A stretch of DNA of 64,000 bases from Candidatus Altimarinota bacterium (GTDB lineage Bacteria > Patescibacteriota > Gracilibacteria > 1-14-2-50-48-13), in contig JBKBWQ010000001.1 of assembly GCA_046314355.1 (NCBI GenBank), forward strand, positions 480,001-544,000, given 5' to 3'. The notes beneath the pieces are model-generated. The model was not told where the DNA came from and made no database searches. It worked only from the letters and a program-made list of their open reading frames with translations. Position 1 is the first letter of the stretch. Each line of letters begins with the position of its first letter. The position numbers and the translations under genes are program-made. Below, piece after piece: positions 51,901 through 58,983 of the stretch.

Positions 51901-52559
51901 CGGGAGGCAGCTCAAGCAGTGGAGGTACTTACATCCCTGCACCTGCAGCTATTGAGAATCCTTCTCAGAATATGACAAGCAAACCATCTGCACCTATCTT
52001 CACTGATATTGGTCAGCATTTCTCAAAGGATGCAGTTAATTACCTCTCAGCAAAAGGTATAATCAAAGGCCGTACATCTACACTCTTTGTACCAAACGGG
52101 CAGCTCAATAGATCTGAGGCTGCAGCTCTTATTGTAAGAGCATTAGAAAAAGAGGAAGAAAGTACAGAGTTTCTTAAAAGTTTTATAAATAAAAATCCTA
52201 GTTTTTCATACATACGGTTTATGGATGTACCTACTAACTCATGGTTTGCTCCTGCAGTAGGTTATCTGTCAGACATTGGCATTATTAAAGGCCGTTCTGC
52301 AACAGAGTATGCATCATCAGAGTCCATTACAAGAGCTGAGTTTATCAAACTTCTTCTCACCTTTGAAATACCTCTTCAAAGTGCAGAATTCGGCGACGCA
52401 CCTTTTACTGATATAAAGAGTACAGATTGGTATTTCTCATATATAAATGATGCTTATCGAAAAGGAGTTATAATGAAATCACAAACCTTCAGACCAAATG
52501 CACCAATTACTCGAGGAGAGGCGGCATCTGCTCTAGAAAGAGTATTAAAAAATATGTAG
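48960..52559 (+). CDS. S-layer homology (SLH) domain protein with CBM-like beta domains and a putative alpha/alpha-barrel domain
   Basis: N-terminal TM/signal; three C-terminal SLH repeats (FTDIGQHF...LNRSEAA; FMDVPTNSWF...ITRAEF; FTDIKSTDWY...FRPNAPITRGEAA); Asn/Thr/Ser-rich linker. Confidence 0.85.
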   Translation: MHIKKPFLLLIAAVIIAATVIISMFMSGALFQSSLLVDEPAPSIGTYEAFQRYNTTAYKDHWTETFSGAVIRSYSGATLKTLPMSELAWGYSLKLPGYMEMFKTYKNTAYLDQLIGVFEEFLQNENFNDKDNDGRRDWMTTLPDDYAYEKLSNNTFWDYDTPQNKTVLYDFEDTLKSAGQETVSMDYKSNAANKAVKVTKSTPKRIALTNIVPGAYHVISFIGKSNGKPDLEGFATVVSNPSKDGETFTKITSHWPPVRSPEWETRYIAFKAPGTTAEPIPLFLELSISEKGTEDAESYFDNIKVGSVANYPAALSQSDRAIPIFWEIFTGEGSTSSSVSVKRNYANTGAQNPLYGSGVILKNNGSGLVGLRQELMYYSPKKTYELAYLAQTSSADDIGVVRVKDATTNMILAESEFQNTIPDIKSEYDPKANIDGSCTGKFISYKNFKKMTMTMSEEDSHRIVVEIVNKDPSKSSTIGINCISMRQVAPYAEHAGQIMMPIAEFILEVKQNPSLSKYKDVAKKYEDIILKEILPTYEAHIRAIPGTDKLVEYYHSKDFQGVDYYADEVSTSHNKFMPMMRTFLTMSKVTGNVKYKDLAIGLSKTFKSVLKLKEKNTKEYYIWNLMDNIQPHDNHYSNVVEDFSHANLTLGGVFEMFEHGLVYTKKDMQRFINTFFEATYNPAITVPCVSGGKQLTKRAITHYVDGLAHNNNETPYDLSCSAPIWQWIRIAAYDVRMWDVFKGAYTKSTTAKDLQTLGYMAEWDNAKIRNNSFSYEDVYSDGASHWAQTGSGGTILRTTNAQEIVSLPAALMVSKNALNQNIGVTQTILATTPSQAQYHLYFHSKNTSGIKGRVTVTTQTGALLLEKEINTVTWTPQGYAIAVPSKATSLKVTFEIQSSLQEGTMLLDDIYLFPKEGPVAITYVPYVENSNQNISNTNTTPVVNVNSNTISVENANKNLNENTVVITNTNTSNQKVISGYTGGSSSSGGTYIPAPAAIENPSQNMTSKPSAPIFTDIGQHFSKDAVNYLSAKGIIKGRTSTLFVPNGQLNRSEAAALIVRALEKEEESTEFLKSFINKNPSFSYIRFMDVPTNSWFAPAVGYLSDIGIIKGRSATEYASSESITRAEFIKLLLTFEIPLQSAEFGDAPFTDIKSTDWYFSYINDAYRKGVIMKSQTFRPNAPITRGEAASALERVLKNM

Positions 52560-52581
52560 GTCACTTGTACAAAATATTATC

Positions 52582-52610
52582 TTGAAAAACGTCGAGTGAG
52601 CCTCTATACT
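52582..52610 (+). promoter_or_regulatory. Sigma70-type promoter candidate for tRNA-Val
   Basis: TTGAAA-17 nt-TATACT, 12 nt before the tRNA. Confidence 0.6.
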
Positions 52611-52622
52611 CTCACAGTCTTA

Positions 52623-52699
52623 GGGCAATTAGCTCAGTTGGCTAGAGCGCTTCCTTGACGTGGAAGAGGCCAGAGGTTCGAATCCTCTATTGCCCACCA
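52623..52699 (+). tRNA. tRNA-Val (GAC)
   Basis: GGGCAAT-TAGCTCAG..., anticodon arm CTTCC-TT-GAC-GT-GGAAG, GGTTCGAATCC, ATTGCCC-A-CCA. Confidence 0.96.
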
Positions 52700-52866
52700 T
52701 TCTTTTTTCTACGAGTTTCGAATGATACAGCTACTCAGGATATTCATAATCTGAAGTGCGGAGCACTACGATATATGTGATTGCCAATAATTCAAATGAA
52801 GTAATTATTCACTTGCGAAATATTTCTGTTGGAGTACTTTTATTAGTTATAATTTTACTAGTGGAT

Positions 52867-53295
52867 ATGAAACAAGGTACTCTTAATGCTGCTCCAAAAA
52901 CTTTTGCTCAGACTTACTTTCACGGAACAAAGGCAGATCTAAAGTGTGGAGATCTTATTGATGTAGGCTTTAACTCAAACTTTGATCAGGGGAAAAATGC
53001 AAAATACATTTTTTTGTCAGCAACACTGGATGCCGCTATATGGGGTGCTGAGCTTGCACTTGGGACAGGACCTGAAAAAATATATCTGGTAGAACCGACA
53101 GGATCAATCGAAGATGATCCTGATTTAACAGATAGGAAGTTCCCTGGTAATCCTACAAAATCATATCGTTCAACTGATCCGTTTAAGATTGTCGGTGAAG
53201 TCACTAAATGGCAGGGACATACATCTGAACAGGTACAGGCAATGAAAGATGGATTAAAAAAACTAAAAGCCCAAGGGGTGCAATCGCTTAATTAA
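52867..53295 (+). CDS. arr: NAD+-rifampin ADP-ribosyltransferase (Arr family)
   Basis: FHGTKADL, LDAAIWGAELA, IYLVEPTG and EDDPDLTDRKFPGNPTKSYRS...VGEVTKWQGH are the Arr signature blocks. The ATG at 52867 gives 142 aa. Confidence 0.92.
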   Translation: MKQGTLNAAPKTFAQTYFHGTKADLKCGDLIDVGFNSNFDQGKNAKYIFLSATLDAAIWGAELALGTGPEKIYLVEPTGSIEDDPDLTDRKFPGNPTKSYRSTDPFKIVGEVTKWQGHTSEQVQAMKDGLKKLKAQGVQSLN

Positions 53296-53342
53296 ATATA
53301 TATACAGTATGTCCTGGTAACTATTTCAGTGAATCTAAAAAT

Positions 53343-53378
53343 ATGATAACCTGTGAGTCATGACTCACAGGTTATCAT
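53343..53378. repeat. 36-bp perfect palindrome downstream of arr
   Basis: ATGATAACCTGTGAGTCA|TGACTCACAGGTTATCAT with no spacer. Confidence 0.95.
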
Positions 53379-53446
53379 TCGCTAACGCTCAGGTACATGG
53401 TACGCCAGGGCTACAAATTAATTTGTAGTTATTTTTAATATATTAT

Positions 53447-55579
53447 CTAAAATCTGCTGTAACTCATTCCTTCTTTTGCATCTTTATATGTCACCATATC
53501 AACTACCTCTTTTTCAGATCCATATAATAATCTTACAGCATCACTGGTATTTCCTAATGTGATCTTTGTATCTATATCAGAGAGTATCAGATAACTTTGA
53601 GAGCTTATTTGTCTTCCTTTTAAGCTTACAGGCATGCTTCCTCCTTCTTCGTCATCAAGGAATATATCGCAGAAGGTAATATGTTCATTAGTAGGATTGT
53701 AAATTTCTATCCACTCTGCGCCTGTATCTACACCCTTTGGATTAGGAAATATTTCTGAGAGAATTACATTGGTCTCTATCGAGGAGCTGCATACATTGTT
53801 TGGAATTGTTTGTATATTTCCAGAAGTGCCTCCTGAGGATACTGGCAAGACATCGATATGGATTGTCTTTGTAGCAGTATCTCCAAGTACATTTGTAACT
53901 TTTAAACTTACAGTATAGCTCCCTGCAATACTATAAATATGATCAGTGGGATTCATCTCAGCACTTACAGTCCCATCACCGAAGTCCCATAAATATGACT
54001 CGATGCCGTATATATCTGATGATCCCTCTCCTGTAAGATTAAGGTGAAATGGGACAGCACCACTCACTTTGCCATCACCTTGTATCTGCATATTTACTAT
54101 TGGTGATGAATGCGGTATTACATTGGGAGATCCAGGAGTTTCAAGGGGGATTACTTCCCATAGATCTTTTGTGTTCCCCTCAGAAGGATAACTGCCTTTT
54201 TCTTTTCTCATGAGAGATTTCCCTGAGGTAACAACTTTAGCATCTACACATGCTCCATTCCAAAGACCATGAATACCTGTAAAACTATCATAATCACTTC
54301 TCTCAGTACTTGCGATAGGAAGCGTTTCCCAACATACGCCATCAACTGGAGTTCCCTGATACATAAGAGTAATTTGTTCCGTAGTTCCAACTAATGAAGA
54401 TGGAGCTGTAACTATCTTCTGTAATGTGGGGTCCATCTCTGTACGCGCTCCTCCAAAGCTAATAAGAGCATATCCGTCACTCGCAATTGGCGTATCATCA
54501 AGCGGTATAGCAGTTTGATCTATTTGGAGTGAAAACCCCCGCAATGATGAAAACGAACTGCCAGAGGGTGAAAAATATAATTCAAGAAAATCTTTTTTCC
54601 CGTCTGATGGGTTAAAAGATAGTTCATTTATGTAGGGATATAGTAGCGGCACTGGTTTAAAATACGTAAGTGTTATAGATTTCAAAGATGACTCATCATT
54701 ATTGAGAAAATATGAAAACATATATGTCCCCTCTTCTTCAATTTGTACTCGAAACTGCCCTGAAGTAATCTCATAAAAACCGTTGCCTTCATCAAGATGT
54801 AGAACTGCACCTGAAGAGGTAAGAATCTGTAAATCTATCGGATTCTCCGAGCTAAAAGTATCTTCTGCAAATATCGTTTCATCTATAAAGACGGTAGCTA
54901 CAGGCAATACAGATCCCGTAGATATATTCTGATTCATCTCTGGATTTATATTTTGATTACTAACAGCTGGATTATCCTGCAGTGTATGTACTCCCGGTGT
55001 TGCACTACCATAGTTCCAACATATTGTATTTGTATTACTACGGCAAGTACGCATGATCGACCATCCCTCTGTCCCTGAGACAGGCACATATAGATTTTGC
55101 TGCCAGATTCCTTTTTCGATAGCTATGGTCTCATGAATCTGAGCAGATGCTCCATATTCCACATAATCCATCAAAGTGGCAGCAACATGAGTTTGAGAAG
55201 TAAAAAGAGCGACTGCCCCATTGGTATTCTTCATATTTGTGCTTCCAAAAGTTGCACCAGTAAATATTGTTTCAGCTGTATTTATTCCATCTTTTCGAAA
55301 ATATATAGTAAGCGTGGACAGCGGAGCAATCTGTGTTGCCTGAGGAATAGTAAAATATGGCAGATCAGCAGCATCAATATCCCAGCCACCAATAGCCTGA
55401 GTCTCATTTGTGATATTCACAAGCTCTACAAATTCTGCTCCAGTATCACTGCCGTCTGGATTCATCTGAACTTCACTTATTCTGACAGGAAATATATTTT
55501 CAGAAGAGGCAGAAGGAAGAGAAATAAGAATTATTGCGGATAAAATACTCATAAACAAGACTAGCCGGACCATATGCAT
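53447..55579 (-). CDS. Secreted protein with three lamin-tail-like (LTD) domains and a PKD domain
   Basis: ISEVQMNPDGSDTGAEFVEL, INELSFNP...DFLEL and LSEIFPNPKGVDTGAEWIEIYN; PKD segment YLWDFGDG...HIYSIAGSYTVSLKV. Confidence 0.85.
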   Translation of the reverse strand: MHMVRLVLFMSILSAIILISLPSASSENIFPVRISEVQMNPDGSDTGAEFVELVNITNETQAIGGWDIDAADLPYFTIPQATQIAPLSTLTIYFRKDGINTAETIFTGATFGSTNMKNTNGAVALFTSQTHVAATLMDYVEYGASAQIHETIAIEKGIWQQNLYVPVSGTEGWSIMRTCRSNTNTICWNYGSATPGVHTLQDNPAVSNQNINPEMNQNISTGSVLPVATVFIDETIFAEDTFSSENPIDLQILTSSGAVLHLDEGNGFYEITSGQFRVQIEEEGTYMFSYFLNNDESSLKSITLTYFKPVPLLYPYINELSFNPSDGKKDFLELYFSPSGSSFSSLRGFSLQIDQTAIPLDDTPIASDGYALISFGGARTEMDPTLQKIVTAPSSLVGTTEQITLMYQGTPVDGVCWETLPIASTERSDYDSFTGIHGLWNGACVDAKVVTSGKSLMRKEKGSYPSEGNTKDLWEVIPLETPGSPNVIPHSSPIVNMQIQGDGKVSGAVPFHLNLTGEGSSDIYGIESYLWDFGDGTVSAEMNPTDHIYSIAGSYTVSLKVTNVLGDTATKTIHIDVLPVSSGGTSGNIQTIPNNVCSSSIETNVILSEIFPNPKGVDTGAEWIEIYNPTNEHITFCDIFLDDEEGGSMPVSLKGRQISSQSYLILSDIDTKITLGNTSDAVRLLYGSEKEVVDMVTYKDAKEGMSYSRF

Positions 55580-55628
55580 TTTTCAGGGTGTAAGAAAGTA
55601 GATATACTACAAAACTACTCCTAGAGCT

Positions 55629-55669
55629 AAAAAAAGCAAATCACCCCTAAGTAGGAATCATTTGCTTTT
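55629..55669 (-). terminator. Rho-independent terminator of the lipoprotein gene
   Basis: Minus strand AAAAGCAAATGATTCCTA-ct-TAGGGGTGATTTGC followed by a T run. Confidence 0.65.
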
Positions 55670-55715
55670 GAGAAGAGAGTTCACAGTAGTTGTTTATAAA
55701 AATAAACAACACTTC

Positions 55716-57374
55716 TTATTTTGAAACACTCTTTAATATTTCTGCCATATGCTCAGAACTGCCTCCTGTAGTGACATATACTTTTCCATCAGTGCCCTTT
55801 ACAGCGTATTGTGTAGTGCCATCTGTAGCTTCAATCTCATAAGCAGAGACACCTCCTACGGTAGTTTTAGAAGCACTAGTGAGATCCACACCAGCAGAAG
55901 TGTAGACCTTCAGTGTTACTTGTTCTTCAGGATTCTCATCAAGAGGCTTTGAACTAAATGTAACCTGCTGTACTCCTCCCTTTTCAGCAAGAGTTGATCC
56001 CTGGTAATACCAGTTATTAGGAAACTGCACTTTTACACCTGTCTTATCATTTGCATAAAGATTTTTTCCTTCAGCAACATCTGCAGTTTTTTCCGGAGCA
56101 CCAGAGGATGCAACTGCATATACTTCCCTATTGGAATTTGGAGCAGGATTTACACCACCTAAAGTTGTCCATTTGGATGTTGCAGGATCTATTTTAAATA
56201 ACCCTTGCTGAGAGACTTTATACGTTCCATCTCCATTATCTGCATATGAGTATGCAACTTTCTTTGTATCTTCACCTTCCTTATATGTTACATACACATA
56301 CTTGCCTCCTGCAATTTCAATCTTGCTTACCGTAGAGCTGTCTACACCCTGCGGGAGCATATAACTATTCTGTTTAAGATACGAAAGGATTGTAGGGGCA
56401 GTAGAAGTTGGTGCTGAGGTATTCGTAGATGCACTAGTGTTTTGATTAACATTAGCAGCTGGGACTGGAGTTGGAGTTGACGGACTAGTAGTAGTACTCT
56501 GATTACTATTTTTATTCGGAAGTACAAATTCTTCACCTGAAGGATTACTGCCAGTAGTAATTGAAGTTGTGGAGAATGTGTCATCAGAAGTGTTCTGATT
56601 TGTAGACTGAACAGGTAAGGTCCCCGGCACAAAGAACTCAAATGAATTACCAAGTTCTGCAAACTGTCTAATCACAAGATTCTGCTCAAGCTCTTTTCCA
56701 GAATACTTGAAATGAACTGTGTAGAAGTAGCTATTTTTTGCAATAAGGATAATCTCCTCATTTGAATCATCAGTGGCAATACGGATTCCTTCCACATCTC
56801 CGAATTCTGTCTCAATAACCTCAGCATCCTTATAGTTTATCCCTATCCAATTGGAAAGAGTCTGATTAACCTTTGGAACAATACGAAAAATCTCCAAAAT
56901 TGATTCTCCATTTTCTTTCGTTACTAGAGAAATCTTTGTTGTTTCTTTTTCATCAACACTCCAAGCAGCTGGATACTGAAACCGTATTCCTAGAGTATTG
57001 CTCGCATAAGTCTGAAGTGCTCCTCCAGTGATTGAATTCTGGTTCATATTAGTATTCTCACCTACGCTCAAAACTTCAAAAATTGTTTTTTCATCATTTT
57101 TATAATATCCACTTACTACCACTGCCTGATTAAAATATTTTTCAAGAGAGACAAGTGTGCTTGTAAGATTTACTTCACTACCTCCATCCATTTTCAATAG
57201 AAAATCCGTATCAGAAGGAGGAGTTGGATGCACCAACTGCCCTTTTAATTCTATGCTTTCCTGATTTGCAAGTGAAGCATTACTGTTTTCATTACTATTG
57301 CCGCACGATACAAAAGTCAAAAGTCCAATGGAGATTACTCCTGCAAGCACCAAGTGTTTCATTACATTCTTCAT
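55716..57374 (-). CDS. Putative lipoprotein with two PsbP-like domains and a Ser/Thr/Pro linker
   Basis: Lipobox-like FVS-C. YASNTLGIRFQYPAAW and YANDKTGVKVQFPNNW resemble PsbP-like domain starts. Confidence 0.65.
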   Translation of the reverse strand: MKNVMKHLVLAGVISIGLLTFVSCGNSNENSNASLANQESIELKGQLVHPTPPSDTDFLLKMDGGSEVNLTSTLVSLEKYFNQAVVVSGYYKNDEKTIFEVLSVGENTNMNQNSITGGALQTYASNTLGIRFQYPAAWSVDEKETTKISLVTKENGESILEIFRIVPKVNQTLSNWIGINYKDAEVIETEFGDVEGIRIATDDSNEEIILIAKNSYFYTVHFKYSGKELEQNLVIRQFAELGNSFEFFVPGTLPVQSTNQNTSDDTFSTTSITTGSNPSGEEFVLPNKNSNQSTTTSPSTPTPVPAANVNQNTSASTNTSAPTSTAPTILSYLKQNSYMLPQGVDSSTVSKIEIAGGKYVYVTYKEGEDTKKVAYSYADNGDGTYKVSQQGLFKIDPATSKWTTLGGVNPAPNSNREVYAVASSGAPEKTADVAEGKNLYANDKTGVKVQFPNNWYYQGSTLAEKGGVQQVTFSSKPLDENPEEQVTLKVYTSAGVDLTSASKTTVGGVSAYEIEATDGTTQYAVKGTDGKVYVTTGGSSEHMAEILKSVSK

Positions 57375-57590
57375 ATAAACATTTTATAAATAGGCGAAAT
57401 TAGATACAAATAGTGTAAGATAACACTAGTATTAGGCAAGATAAAAGAGGCACCAGGACTTGTTATGTCTTGCATGAAACTTGCAGCATGGCGCAATAGT
57501 ATTTTTTATCTTCCTCGCCTAATGAACTTGCAAACAAGGCTTTTTTGGTTAGAGTAAATGCAGTTTTTTGTTTTCAATTTTTTTATTATC

Positions 57591-58886
57591 ATGAACATTC
57601 TTTTAAGTTCAGCTCCGGAACATATCGGAAAAGAGGTTACTATCCAAGGATGGATGTCAGGAAAACGCTCTTCAGGAAAGATACATTTTCTTCAGCTGAG
57701 AGATGGTACGCAAATTATACAAGGTGTCGTTGTAAAAGGAGAAGTAGATGATAGTGTTTTTGAAATAGCAGATACTCTTACACAAGAATCATCTCTTAAA
57801 GTAACAGGAACTCTCAAAGAAGAACCTCGAAGTCCTACAGGAGTAGAAATGCAGGTAAAAAGTATTGAGATAGTTCATCTTACATCAGAAGAGTTCCCAA
57901 TAAACAAGGCTGACCATGGTCCTGATTTTCTTTTAAACCATAGACATCTTTGGCTTCGCACAAAAAAACAATGGGCGATTCAAAGAGTACGAAACACAGT
58001 AATCAATGCAACTTATGAGTTCTTTGCAAAAGAAGACTTCACGAAGATTGATGCTCCGATTTTTACACCTACTTCATGTGAAGACACTACAGAGCTCTTT
58101 GAAGTAAACTATTTCGAAGATAAGGCATATCTCACACAATCCGGACAGCTTTATATTGAAGCTGCAATATTCAGCTTCGGGCGGGTGTTTGACTTTGGTC
58201 CAGTATTCAGATCTGAGAAATCTAAGACACGGCGTCATCTTACAGAATTCTGGATGATGGATGCTGAGATGGCTTATGTAGACCAGCAAGGAAATATGGA
58301 GATTCAGGAAAAACTCATGAAGCATATTATTACCAGAGTACTTGAAAAGAATCTCATGGAACTTGCTATTACAGAAAGAGATTTAGAACCACTCAAACGT
58401 GCAGTAGAAAAGCCGTTCCATCATATCACTCATAAGGATGCCGTTGCCATGCTCAAGACAATGGGATCTGATATTACAGAAAATGATGATCTTGGAGCAG
58501 ATGATGAGACAATGCTTACGGAGGCGCATGATAACTTTATTTTTGTGGAGAAATATCCGTACGCAGTAAAGTCATTCTATATGAAGAAAGATCCTGCAAA
58601 TCCTTTCTATGCCCTCTGTGCAGATCTTCTAGCGCCAGAAGGATACGGCGAGATCATCGGCGGATCTCAGCGTGAAGATAATTATGATGAACTTTTAAAG
58701 GAAATTAAAAATCATAATATCCCTGTAGAGACTATGCAGTGGTATCTTGATCTAAGAAAATACGGATCAGTACCTCATTCAGGATTTGGATATGGTCTTG
58801 AGAGAATCGTACGGTGGCTTACAGGAACTCATCATATCCGAGAGACAATCCCATTCCCTCGATTGATGAATAGGATTGTACCATAG
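57591..58886 (+). CDS. asnS: Asparagine--tRNA ligase
   Basis: OB-fold GW...RSSGKIHFLQLRDG, HRHLWLR, YLTQSGQLY, FRSEKSKTRRHLTEFWM, GEIIGGSQRE and WYLDLRKYGSVPHSGFGYGLER. Confidence 0.95.
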   Translation: MNILLSSAPEHIGKEVTIQGWMSGKRSSGKIHFLQLRDGTQIIQGVVVKGEVDDSVFEIADTLTQESSLKVTGTLKEEPRSPTGVEMQVKSIEIVHLTSEEFPINKADHGPDFLLNHRHLWLRTKKQWAIQRVRNTVINATYEFFAKEDFTKIDAPIFTPTSCEDTTELFEVNYFEDKAYLTQSGQLYIEAAIFSFGRVFDFGPVFRSEKSKTRRHLTEFWMMDAEMAYVDQQGNMEIQEKLMKHIITRVLEKNLMELAITERDLEPLKRAVEKPFHHITHKDAVAMLKTMGSDITENDDLGADDETMLTEAHDNFIFVEKYPYAVKSFYMKKDPANPFYALCADLLAPEGYGEIIGGSQREDNYDELLKEIKNHNIPVETMQWYLDLRKYGSVPHSGFGYGLERIVRWLTGTHHIRETIPFPRLMNRIVP

Positions 58887-58918
58887 GGACAGAAGTAAAT
58901 TAGTAATTAGTAATTAAG

Positions 58919-58963
58919 TAAATAGGGCTGCAATAATTAATTTAATTACTGCAGTCCTATTTA
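58919..58963. terminator. Long hairpin between convergent asnS and ligase genes (probable terminator)
   Basis: TAAATAGGGCTGCAATAATTAA-t-TTAATTACTGCAGTCCTATTTA: 22-nt arms with two non-Watson-Crick pairs, flanked by TAGTAAT and TTAC tandem repeats. Confidence 0.65.
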
Positions 58964-58983
58964 AAATCCGCTTACATACTTAC

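Noticed and set aside
52756-52866. N-terminal hydrophobic extension on Arr from the GTG at 52756
   Set aside because: The ATG at 52867 gives a typical Arr length; the extension looks like translated AT-rich intergenic DNA.
53343-53378. Integron attC site after arr (TAAC...GTTA ends)
   Set aside because: It is too short and perfectly palindromic, lacks the extrahelical bases of attC, and no integron integrase or cassette array is present in the window.
57431-57590. T-box riboswitch upstream of asnS
   Set aside because: No T-box consensus or terminator/antiterminator pair is visible, and the leader is short.
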